Position numbers and translations under genes: made by a program. DNA of 64,000 nt. Origin: a virus. Where the stretch lies: the IMG/VR virus record IMGVR_UViG_3300044629_000431, positions 82,478 through 146,477 of that record. One strand, written 5' to 3'. This document shows positions 29,216 through 37,020 of the stretch, in pieces. Below the pieces are notes generated by a model. That model worked only from the letters and a program-made list of their open reading frames with translations. It did not search any database and was not told the origin of the DNA. Every line of letters starts with the position of its first letter. The stretch's first letter is position 1.

Positions 29216-30232
29216 ATGCTGGATCCATCCATAGGGTTTAACTCTGCAGTTAATGGTTTTGTTTCAAACACTCAAAACTCTAGCAATGATGGCACACCCA
29301 AAGCTAAGAGTTATAGGTATCCGCTGCGTAGAATTGAAAGCAAGAGCGACTATCTGGAAATAAGAATTGTAAAGTATGAAGCACCAAAATTTGTACCTGG
29401 AAATTTAGAAACTAAAACAGTAAATAATCAAACTACCATAAATGAAGAGACTGTTTCTTTGGCATCAATCCCAACAGGAACGGAAGCAAATAGAAATACA
29501 AAACCTTTAAAATACATTTACTTACCAATTCCACAAAACTTATCAGATGCAAACTCAATAACTTGGGGAGATGATACATTAAATCCTTTAGAAGCTTTTG
29601 GTTTAAAAGCAGGAACGAGTCTTGTTGGAAACCCTCTTGGTGCAGCAGCAGCTGCTGGAACTTTTTTCAAAAAATTTGGATCAGAGGTGCAAGGATTAAC
29701 AGAAGCAAATAAAGATTTGATTGCATCAGCAGTCGGTGGAGCATTAGTTAATGCTGTTGGTGGAAGTGTTAGTTACCAAAGCATTCTCGCAAGAGCCTCT
29801 GGACAAATTTTAAATCCAAACCTAGAACTTCTCTTTCAAGGTGTAAATCTTAGAAGTTTTCCATTTGTATTTGATTTTGCCCCGAGAGATGAAAGAGAAG
29901 CAAGAGAAGTTAAAGAAATAATTAGAGCATTTAAAATTCATATGACTCCCAAATCAACATCAACTGGCAGTCTTGGAAAAGTTTTTATCAAATCTCCAGA
30001 TGTATTTTTAGTTGCCTATAAAAGTGGTAATAAAACGCATCCATTCTTGAATAAGTTTAAACCAATGGCTTTGACTGATATGCAACTTTCTTACACTGGT
30101 TCTGGAACTTATTCAACTTATCAAGATGGGACACCAGTTCATATGCAAATGACCTTGACATTCAAAGAACTCAATCCAATTTACTCCGAAGATTATGAAA
30201 CCGAAGAAGGAAAAACAGGAGTAGGTTACTAA
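29216..30232 (+). CDS. gp48: Baseplate tail-tube cap gp48
   Basis: IYLPIP...NPNLELLFQGVNLRSF.F.FDFAPR...LTFKEL. Confidence 0.85.
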   Translation: MLDPSIGFNSAVNGFVSNTQNSSNDGTPKAKSYRYPLRRIESKSDYLEIRIVKYEAPKFVPGNLETKTVNNQTTINEETVSLASIPTGTEANRNTKPLKYIYLPIPQNLSDANSITWGDDTLNPLEAFGLKAGTSLVGNPLGAAAAAGTFFKKFGSEVQGLTEANKDLIASAVGGALVNAVGGSVSYQSILARASGQILNPNLELLFQGVNLRSFPFVFDFAPRDEREAREVKEIIRAFKIHMTPKSTSTGSLGKVFIKSPDVFLVAYKSGNKTHPFLNKFKPMALTDMQLSYTGSGTYSTYQDGTPVHMQMTLTFKELNPIYSEDYETEEGKTGVGY

Positions 30233-30233
30233 A

Positions 30234-30881
30234 ATGTCTTATTTCAGAGAACTTCCAGAAATTCAATACCAGTCACCCATTGAAGATAGAAATTCTTCTC
30301 TTGACTATGTGACTGCAAAAAACTTATTCAGAAGAGTCAAACTTCGTGATGACTTACAGAACGTTTTTACTCTCTTCAATAAGTATGAAATCAGAGAAGG
30401 AGAAAGACCAGACACAGTTGCAGAAAAAATTTATGGTGCTCCAGACTATGATTGGGTCGTTCTTTTATCTGCAAATATTACCAGCGTAAGAGATCAGTGG
30501 CCATTATCAGATAAAGACTTATATCTTTATGCTGAAAATAAGTATGGAACTATTTTAAATGATGTTAAGTTCTACGAAACAACTGAAGTCAGAGACTCAA
30601 AAAACAGACTTATTCTTCCTGCTGGTAAAGTGGTGGATAAAACATTTACAATACCAAATCCAAATAATCCATACACAACGTTAAATCCAGTTGTTGGAAT
30701 TTCTAACTTTCAATATGAAGTTAGAAAGAATGAGAAAAAACGTTCAATATATGTTCTAAAACCAGGATACCTACAACAATATGTAAATGACTTTAAGGAT
30801 ATTATGTATTATCCAAAGTCTTCTCAGTATGTCAACAACCGACTTATAAAAACAGAAAATACAAGAAATACTTCACCATAA
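30234..30881 (+). CDS. gp53: Baseplate wedge subunit gp53
   Basis: YFRELP...GERPDTVAEKIYG...WVVLL.N...QWPL. Confidence 0.88.
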   Translation: MSYFRELPEIQYQSPIEDRNSSLDYVTAKNLFRRVKLRDDLQNVFTLFNKYEIREGERPDTVAEKIYGAPDYDWVVLLSANITSVRDQWPLSDKDLYLYAENKYGTILNDVKFYETTEVRDSKNRLILPAGKVVDKTFTIPNPNNPYTTLNPVVGISNFQYEVRKNEKKRSIYVLKPGYLQQYVNDFKDIMYYPKSSQYVNNRLIKTENTRNTSP

Positions 30882-31460
30882 GAGTTCCAAACTCTTATCA
30901 AACATCATCACATAACGGTGCTTACGGGAGCGGTCTTTCCATTCTCCTTCAGCACCTTTTATTTTACCTCTTGAATGTTTGGTGCCGTCTGAATAGTAGA
31001 AGTCTTTCTTAGGGTCTGTAAGACCGCAATATTTAAAGTTGCAAGCACGATAAATTGTACCATCGTGAAAATCAGAATCCGCGTAAGATATGATTGCTGA
31101 TACCTTTGTGTCTTTGCGAAACTGTCTAATCGCTTTTGCAACGAACCAAGAAGTAATGTTGTACTCCTGTGACTGTGTATCGGGGTGGATGCAAAGTCTT
31201 GAGAGTTCGAAGAGTCCTTGTTGTTCATTTCTTCCAAGTCCAAATGCTCCTTGCGCGACTTCTGGAACTGGGAGTCCAGTAAAGATAATAATTCCCTGTA
31301 TTCCACCTATATTTAACGGACAAAAATCATTTTTCTTGAAAAGACCATAATTGTATCCTGACTTGAACCCTTTTGAAAAGTCCTTAAGATAATGAAACCG
31401 CAGAAGTAACTCTGCGGCTTCGGACTTACTTACACGTTCAATGTAGTAATCAGACTTCAC
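30873..31460 (-). CDS. Mom-like (GNAT-fold) DNA adenine-modification protein
   Basis: FHYL...ELSRLC...SWFVAKAI...IISYAD...HDGTIYRACNF.Y.G. Confidence 0.7.
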   Translation of the reverse strand: MKSDYYIERVSKSEAAELLLRFHYLKDFSKGFKSGYNYGLFKKNDFCPLNIGGIQGIIIFTGLPVPEVAQGAFGLGRNEQQGLFELSRLCIHPDTQSQEYNITSWFVAKAIRQFRKDTKVSAIISYADSDFHDGTIYRACNFKYCGLTDPKKDFYYSDGTKHSRGKIKGAEGEWKDRSRKHRYVMMFDKSLELLW

Positions 31461-32380
31461 TCTTCGGCAAGACGGGCAAAGTAGGACAGGGCATCATCAT
31501 CCTCATCTTCCTCAACCGCAGCAGCACGACGAGTGGGTTGAAGATTGCTAAGTTCGGAACGAAGGTCTTCGGTCAGTTCACGGGTCGAACCACGGGTGTT
31601 GTCCTCATCAAGGTCTTCAGGATCCTGATAACGAGGAGTGCCTTTGGAACCCAGCACATACTCAAGACGCTTCTTCAGTTCATCATAGGTCTTGAACTGG
31701 TCAGCAGCAACGAGTTCGGCAAGGGAATACTGCTTCTTCCACACTGCTTCCATTGCGTCATCATCGTCCAGCAGAGGGGCAGCAGCGGCAAACTCACTAG
31801 AGTCATAGTTACGATAACCAGCAACATTCTTTGCCTTCAGTTTGAAATTGGCACCTTGCCAGAAGTCAAACGGATCAATCGCCTCTTCATCCTCAAACTC
31901 AGGTTGCATCGCTGCAGTCAGTTTGTCAAAGATCTTCTTACCATACTTAAACAGGAAGACTTTACCTTCGTTAGCAGGGTTGGCAGGATCCTTCACAACA
32001 TAGATGTTGCTCACATAAGTCAGTTTACGCTTCTGCTTACGTGCCAGTTCCTTACCAGCATCGGTGCCGTTGTTCCAGAGTTCGGAGTTCAGTTCCGATA
32101 CAGGATCCTTCTGACCCAGAGTAGTCAGAGAGTTCTCAATATACCAACCACCAGGACCTTGGAATGCGTGACTGTAGAGTTTCACGAACGGAAGGTCCTC
32201 ACCGTTCGGAGCAGGAAGGAAACGGATCACGGCATAACCATTGCCGCTCTTATCTACATCCAGTTTCCATACGCGGTCGTCACTAGAACCGCTACCAGTA
32301 TTCATTTTTTCAACTTCTTTGACCAGTTTGGCGGTCAAAGAACCAAGTTTAGACTGCTTTTTAAGGTCAGCAAAAGACAT
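31457..32380 (-). CDS. gp32: Single-stranded DNA-binding protein gp32
   Basis: DKSGNGYAVIRFLP...WYIENSLTT...GANFKLK; acidic C-terminal tail. Confidence 0.97.
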   Translation of the reverse strand: MSFADLKKQSKLGSLTAKLVKEVEKMNTGSGSSDDRVWKLDVDKSGNGYAVIRFLPAPNGEDLPFVKLYSHAFQGPGGWYIENSLTTLGQKDPVSELNSELWNNGTDAGKELARKQKRKLTYVSNIYVVKDPANPANEGKVFLFKYGKKIFDKLTAAMQPEFEDEEAIDPFDFWQGANFKLKAKNVAGYRNYDSSEFAAAAPLLDDDDAMEAVWKKQYSLAELVAADQFKTYDELKKRLEYVLGSKGTPRYQDPEDLDEDNTRGSTRELTEDLRSELSNLQPTRRAAAVEEDEDDDALSYFARLAEE

Positions 32381-32423
32381 TTGGATACCTCGGATAGTTT
32401 GGATTCGGGGGATTTACTTAGAT

Positions 32424-32452
32424 ATTATAGCAAAGATGCTCTCAACGGTCAA
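32424..32452 (-). promoter_or_regulatory. sigma70 promoter of gp32
   Basis: TTGACC-N17-TATAAT with TG extension. Confidence 0.8.
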
Positions 32453-32774
32453 CGTATTTCTTGAGAGATTCGATTGTCTTGTCCATACTGCTGAACAGGA
32501 TGCTCATATCAGTCTCTGGTGGGAAACCCATCAGTGCCACTGACTTACGAAGGTTCTCTTTCATCTCAACCGCTTCTGGGTCATCTGAAAGAGATAGACG
32601 TGTATACATTACACGCTGTTTTTCAAGGAGCAACTGTAGTTTTTCAATGTGTTCCAGTTTTGTTTCACGGGACATTCCACCAAAAGTGAGAATACTTCCG
32701 TATATCTCCTCTTGCAACTTATTGATTTCTTTCAGTTCGTCTTGAATAATATCGGAGTCAAAAAAGTTACTCAT
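32442..32774 (-). CDS. DUF1825-family protein
   Basis: FFDSDIIQDE...LLEKQRVMYTRLSLSDDPEA. Confidence 0.8.
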   Translation of the reverse strand: MSNFFDSDIIQDELKEINKLQEEIYGSILTFGGMSRETKLEHIEKLQLLLEKQRVMYTRLSLSDDPEAVEMKENLRKSVALMGFPPETDMSILFSSMDKTIESLKKYVDR

Positions 32775-33357
32775 CTATGATTTCCCTTAAAATCTTCTTA
32801 TACTGGAATACATCAATATTTAGAAATGGATTATATTTTTTGATTTTCAAACTGACGGTTTCCCACACTGGGTCCAAAAGTTTTTTATCAAAATCTTTTA
32901 CGATTGAAAATATTTTGTCGTAGATGACGAATGTTTCTGGCGATAATTTCCCGCTTAGAAATTTTTTGAGGACTATGGGGTGTCCTTTGGAACAGTTGAA
33001 CACAGTTTCTAATTCGTTCTCTGAGAACAATTCCGTTGATTGTTCTTTGAACAAGTAGGTCAAACTCTGTTGCCTCCGCATCCAATCTGCGTAGGTCCTT
33101 TCTCCAGAATTGATAATTTCTCCAATCCATAAGTTCTGTGGGTTGTCTGCGGATACAAAGTTTGAGAGTAAAAAATCTACTATTTCTTTATCTGAATATT
33201 TTCTTGAACTTTTTTCGAACCAGTATTTGTCTTTGCGTTTATTGAACGAAGTGACTGTTGCTCTGGATTTGCCTCCATACTTAAAAAAGTCATATTTACT
33301 GTTCGTAAAATGACTTTTCATCGAAAGATAAGTTTGATATGTCTCAAAAGGACTCAT
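32767..33357 (-). CDS. gp59: Helicase loader gp59
   Basis: YLSMKSHF...YDFFKYGGK...F.KRKDKYWFEK. Confidence 0.9.
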   Translation of the reverse strand: MSPFETYQTYLSMKSHFTNSKYDFFKYGGKSRATVTSFNKRKDKYWFEKSSRKYSDKEIVDFLLSNFVSADNPQNLWIGEIINSGERTYADWMRRQQSLTYLFKEQSTELFSENELETVFNCSKGHPIVLKKFLSGKLSPETFVIYDKIFSIVKDFDKKLLDPVWETVSLKIKKYNPFLNIDVFQYKKILREIIDE

Positions 33358-33614
33358 AACGGAAGTTTTGCTCTTGATGTTCGTTTCATAAAGTTAAGAC
33401 GAGTTGCGTCCCACTTTAGTTTCTCTTTCAAAGGTTTTGAAATGAGTTTCGTAACTGATTCTACCTCAAGACAATTGATTTCGCAATAGTGACAAATTGC
33501 ATCAATATAGTTAAAGTTTTCTTCTGCTACGATCTTTTCAATCTCAAGAGCAAACTTGGAAGGCGTTAGAAACTTATTCTCGATGGCTTGTTCTAGTTCT
33601 TTATTTGGTTCCAT
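33354..33614 (-). CDS. gp33: Late-promoter co-activator gp33
   Basis: KFALEIEKIV...YIDAI...KLISKPLKEKLKWDA; start refined to ATG 33614. Confidence 0.88.
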   Translation of the reverse strand: MEPNKELEQAIENKFLTPSKFALEIEKIVAEENFNYIDAICHYCEINCLEVESVTKLISKPLKEKLKWDATRLNFMKRTSRAKLPL

Positions 33615-34281
33615 AGAGCTCCAGTTTATCTCTAACAAACTTTCTAATGTATTTGCTGAGCAGTTTGATGTATTTTGATTTGTCATATTCTTCATAAACG
33701 ACGCATTCTCCATTTTCACAAGCCATGATAATTACAAGTTTTTTAACAGTCAGTCCTGTTAGTTCGTATAGCATACATCCATATGCCATACATTGAACAA
33801 AATAGTGTTCAATCCACTCACGTGGTTTTGGTTTTTTAGAAGTCTTAAAGTCGATTATTGATAACTCGCCATTATATTCGGCAATACAATCAACAGTCCC
33901 AGCAATACCCAGTTGCTTACTATATAGGGACCCTTCAAGGGCGTAAATATTATTTATACGATTGAGTTCTGATTTTGAGATCTTAAACAGAAAATCTGAA
34001 AGAGGTTGCACTTCTGGCAGTTCTTCATTTTTAAGGTAATGCTCAGTAAGAGAGTGCATATCAGTTCCACGACTTGTTGCCGCTTTAGTGACACGCTCTG
34101 CCTCTTCTTCACCCACCTTCTTACGCCAGTTAACAAAGATTTCCTTGTTAAAATGACTGGTCACCGAAGTGATGGAAACCAGTCGAATAAGTTCTTCTTC
34201 GTCTGGAACTTTGTAGTACCTTACACCATCAATGGTTTCACGCTCCAACTGAGGGAGTTCAATATCAACATGATTAAACAT
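33601..34281 (-). CDS. PD-(D/E)XK exonuclease (Cas4/RecB-like)
   Basis: SITSV...RGTDMH...AGTVDCIAEY...IIDFKTS...Q..AY. Confidence 0.88.
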   Translation of the reverse strand: MFNHVDIELPQLERETIDGVRYYKVPDEEELIRLVSITSVTSHFNKEIFVNWRKKVGEEEAERVTKAATSRGTDMHSLTEHYLKNEELPEVQPLSDFLFKISKSELNRINNIYALEGSLYSKQLGIAGTVDCIAEYNGELSIIDFKTSKKPKPREWIEHYFVQCMAYGCMLYELTGLTVKKLVIIMACENGECVVYEEYDKSKYIKLLSKYIRKFVRDKLELYGTK

Positions 34282-35039
34282 TAAAAACCTGCTTCCATTT
34301 TCGCAATGATGTATTCTTTAACAAGTCCAGAACGAACAATATCGTCTACACCAAACTCAATTATATCAAATGATGGCATTTTACGCAATACCGTCATAAA
34401 GTCCACAATACCATTACGCTCATTTGTTTTCTGCAAGTCTGACTGAGAAGCATCACCACAGAAACAAATCTTGGTATTTTCACCGACACGAGTAATAATA
34501 GAATCTAGTTCGTGGAAGTTTAGATTCTGAAACTCGTCCACAATAATGATTGCATTATCAAGCGTAGTTCCACGAAGAAAAGAAGTTGACCAGAACTTGA
34601 TGGTTTCCTGTGCTTTCAGATTGCCATAAAGCATTTCAAACTCAGAGTCACTTGGCATCTGGAACATGTACTTCACCATATTCTTATATGGAATCTGGTA
34701 AATATCTGCTTTGTCATCATGTGTTCCAGGAAGGAAACCAATTTCACGAGTGGCAACTAGTGAACGAACCAGATAGATTTTCTCATAAGGAGACTGTTCA
34801 TCTAGAACATCCTGAAGAGCATTATAAAGAGTAATGAAGGTCTTACCAGTTCCAGCACAACCATAGGCAACAATGTGTTTACCATCATTATAAGACTCAA
34901 AAAGTCTTTTTTGATTGTCTGTAAGAGGATCAATATCAATTAAGTATTCAGCACTTAGAGGTTTTCTCCTCTTCATTTGTTTTGCAGTCAGACCAACTCC
35001 GATTGGTTGATCGGTGTTTCCTCTTTTTCTTCTTGCCAT
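34281..35039 (-). CDS. phoH: PhoH-family ATPase
   Basis: GCAGTGKT, REIGFLPG, LRGTT, IIVDEFQN, GD..QSDL. Confidence 0.95.
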   Translation of the reverse strand: MARRKRGNTDQPIGVGLTAKQMKRRKPLSAEYLIDIDPLTDNQKRLFESYNDGKHIVAYGCAGTGKTFITLYNALQDVLDEQSPYEKIYLVRSLVATREIGFLPGTHDDKADIYQIPYKNMVKYMFQMPSDSEFEMLYGNLKAQETIKFWSTSFLRGTTLDNAIIIVDEFQNLNFHELDSIITRVGENTKICFCGDASQSDLQKTNERNGIVDFMTVLRKMPSFDIIEFGVDDIVRSGLVKEYIIAKMEAGF

Positions 35040-35040
35040 A

Positions 35041-35292
35041 TTAGAGTTTTTTTACTTGTGATTTTGGTGCCTTACTTGCCTTAGAAAGAACTTCGTTCCA
35101 TCCAGGATGCTTATTAACGAGTTTATCCCTCCACTCACCAACTTCTCCAGGAGAAGGGCAAGTAGATGGATCAGACCAGTCACGAGTCCAGTCTGGATTA
35201 TCATTTTTCCACTGGTCCCAGACGTGGATACTCATTTCCACTTCTTTCTGTTCACCAGTTTTAGTATTAATTACAGGATATACGGGACACAT
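35041..35292 (-). CDS. Conserved cyanophage hypothetical protein
   Basis: 83 aa, YPVIN.KTGEQ...HPGWNEVL; lies between thyX and phoH. Confidence 0.75.
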   Translation of the reverse strand: MCPVYPVINTKTGEQKEVEMSIHVWDQWKNDNPDWTRDWSDPSTCPSPGEVGEWRDKLVNKHPGWNEVLSKASKAPKSQVKKL

Positions 35293-35317
35293 AAGTTACG
35301 AATTCAAGATAAAATAT

Positions 35318-35953
35318 TTAGACCCATTCAAGGGCTTCGGCAACCGTTGGAAATTGTTCGGAAAACACCTTCTTACATTCCAGAGCAATGTCCATATGCT
35401 CCTTCTGAGTGCCATTAGCAGAACGAAGATTGATATAGTGAATCCAACTACGGCAAGAACCCGTCATATAGATGCGTGTAGGCGTCGCTAAGGGCAGTAC
35501 AAACCTTGCACACTCTTTTGCCACACCGTGTGCAAGAAGTTCCTTGTAGAGTTGCATAGAGTGTGCAAAATGGTCTTGAATTTTACTCTGAAGACTTAGT
35601 TTCTCATAGTCACCAATATCATCAATTGAGTTCTGACGGTTCTTAGTGTCCTGGCGGCGAAGGTCAGGAACAGGGATATAATCACTCAATAAAGAACTAT
35701 CAGCATATCGCTGCGAAAATTCTTGAAAAGTGAAACTACGGTGGCGCAATATCTGAGCTGCGATACCACGGTTTGTTTCAATCTCCAAACTCATAGACGA
35801 CTGCTCAAAAACAGACCAATGATTGTGCTTAATACAATAACGTAGCAAACCCGCATAGTTTTCAGAATCTTGATTCGCTGGATTAGAAACCCTAGCAATA
35901 TATGCCATTGTTTGTTCTGCATCGGGAGTCACACTGATAAGTTTTACGGTCAT
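35318..35953 (-). CDS. thyX: FAD-dependent thymidylate synthase
   Basis: HWSVFE, QILRHRSFTFQEFSQRY (RHRx7S) signature. Confidence 0.97.
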   Translation of the reverse strand: MTVKLISVTPDAEQTMAYIARVSNPANQDSENYAGLLRYCIKHNHWSVFEQSSMSLEIETNRGIAAQILRHRSFTFQEFSQRYADSSLLSDYIPVPDLRRQDTKNRQNSIDDIGDYEKLSLQSKIQDHFAHSMQLYKELLAHGVAKECARFVLPLATPTRIYMTGSCRSWIHYINLRSANGTQKEHMDIALECKKVFSEQFPTVAEALEWV

Positions 35954-36117
35954 TTCTTTCCAAATCCTTTTGATGTTTGTGCTTCAAGGTTTGCAAGTTC
36001 TTGTTTCACTACTCGCAGTTGTTTTTTCATTTCTATAAGTTGCTCAGCAGAATATAAGTGTTCTTTTTTGGTTAATTTCTCAAGCAACTTTACTAGTTCT
36101 CGTGCTCTACTAGTCAT
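35950..36117 (-). CDS. Small hypothetical protein (55 aa)
   Basis: Hand-translated MTSRARELVKLLEKL...SKGFGKK; ATGA-coupled to thyX. Confidence 0.7.
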   Translation of the reverse strand: MTSRARELVKLLEKLTKKEHLYSAEQLIEMKKQLRVVKQELANLEAQTSKGFGKK

Positions 36118-36283
36118 CTAAATCAGAATCCTCAAAAATTTCGTCGTAATCTAAAATCGGTCTTCTTCTGACCTCTGCTTCGGTGTAGGAATAGGCAGAC
36201 GTATCAGAATAAACTTCTGCTTTCAAAGAATCAACAAGAAGTTCTAGATTACGGACAATAAGTTTTAGTTTGTCTTTGTCCAT
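36110..36283 (-). CDS. Small conserved cyanophage protein (57 aa)
   Basis: Hand-translated MDKDKLKLIVRNLELLVDSLKAEVYSD...DYDEIFEDSDLDD. Confidence 0.75.
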   Translation of the reverse strand: MDKDKLKLIVRNLELLVDSLKAEVYSDTSAYSYTEAEVRRRPILDYDEIFEDSDLDD

Positions 36284-36314
36284 AAGATACTATTCTCTTG
36301 AGGCATTTTAACAT

Positions 36315-36341
36315 AAAAAAAGGAGGGGATCAACCCCTCCT
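36315..36341 (-). terminator. Rho-independent terminator of the microprotein operon
   Basis: AGGAGGGG-TTGAT-CCCCTCCT followed by a U-tract. Confidence 0.85.
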
Positions 36342-36497
36342 GTTAAATATTGGTTCCATATCTAAAACTTGTTCAAACCACTCTTTAAGATGTATGCGGT
36401 AACAAGACCAATACTTACACCCACGATATGTAAGTTGATAACAGGCAGGTTCTCTGCTGTCCTTATCCATATCGTCCCAGTGGTAATGGTAATCCAC
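36330..36497 (-). CDS. Microprotein (55 aa) with DUF4278-like LTYRG.KY motif
   Basis: GTG start overlapping the previous stop; MDYHYHWDDMDKDSREPACYQLTYRGCKYWSCYR... Confidence 0.55.
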   Translation of the reverse strand: MDYHYHWDDMDKDSREPACYQLTYRGCKYWSCYRIHLKEWFEQVLDMEPIFNRRG

Positions 36498-36580
36498 TAT
36501 TTAAAAAGAAATTGAATATAAAGCGACAATAAAGTAATTACAACCGCACAACCTGCGGTAATTTGTAATACTGCGAACAT
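36497..36580 (-). CDS. Hydrophobic microprotein (27 aa, single TM helix)
   Basis: MFAVLQITAGCAVVITLLSLYIQFLFK; TGATG-coupled. Confidence 0.55.
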   Translation of the reverse strand: MFAVLQITAGCAVVITLLSLYIQFLFK

Positions 36581-36678
36581 CACTTTGCTCCAACGAGTTG
36601 TGCTAGTTGTGCTTGGTGACGGCGCTCTTCTTTTTGTTTTTGTTCTTTGATAAGTTGTAGGAAGTTTAGCTTTTGCAT
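36580..36678 (-). CDS. Gln/Lys-rich microprotein (32 aa)
   Basis: MQKLNFLQLIKEQKQKEERRHQAQLAQLVGAK; TGATG-coupled at both ends. Confidence 0.6.
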   Translation of the reverse strand: MQKLNFLQLIKEQKQKEERRHQAQLAQLVGAK

Positions 36679-36815
36679 CACTTATGCCCCTCCTTTACGA
36701 ACTTAACACCACGATAGGTTTCGTTGTATTGTTGGGCTTGTTGTTGCATTTGCTGTTGGTATTCGATACGCTTTTGGGTATCGTATTCAACACCTCTGTA
36801 AACGACTTTAGACAT
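36678..36815 (-). CDS. DUF4278-family microprotein (45 aa), Gln-rich
   Basis: MSKVVYRGVEYDTQKRIEYQQQMQQQAQQYNETYRGVKFVKEGHK; two YRGV motifs; strong SD AAGGAG. Confidence 0.8.
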   Translation of the reverse strand: MSKVVYRGVEYDTQKRIEYQQQMQQQAQQYNETYRGVKFVKEGHK

Positions 36816-36847
36816 TAGGTTTTCTCCTTAGTTTTTTAGGTTAAAGA

Positions 36848-37017
36848 GCGTTCCTTCAGTCGGCTTTTGCGTCTATTTTACACTCCTTTGGAGCAATCTG
36901 TTTGATTTCCCAAATCAAGTCATTTTTTGCTTGTTTTGGAATATCAACTTTATAAACTCTTCCAATCATTAACTGTGCTTGTAAACAAGTTAATAAGAGT
37001 GTTTCCATAGATGAACG
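36848..37017 (-). ncRNA. glnA (glutamine-I) riboswitch-like aptamer 2, with a 130-nt P2 loop
   Basis: CGTTC-A-TCTAT[...]ATAGA-CGCAAAAGCCGACTGAAG-GAACG-C. Confidence 0.7.
36856..37008 (-). CDS. Microprotein (50 aa) encoded inside aptamer 2
   Basis: METLLLTCLQAQLMIGRVYKVDIPKQAKNDLIWEIKQIAPKECKIDAKAD. Confidence 0.65.
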   Translation of the reverse strand: METLLLTCLQAQLMIGRVYKVDIPKQAKNDLIWEIKQIAPKECKIDAKAD

Positions 37018-37020
37018 ATC

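Noticed and set aside
31538-32464. 308-aa plus-strand ORF
   Set aside because: Antisense shadow of gp32 caused by codon bias; no recognisable motifs
33615-33719. N-terminal extension of gp33 in the ORF track
   Set aside because: Lies within the exonuclease gene; ATG 33614 gives the typical gp33 length
33601-34281. Cas4-like nuclease as a sign of CRISPR-Cas
   Set aside because: Standard cyanomyovirus core exonuclease between phoH and gp33; no repeat-spacer array seen in the window
34281-35953. phoH and thyX as novel auxiliary genes
   Set aside because: Well-known near-core genes of T4-like cyanophages
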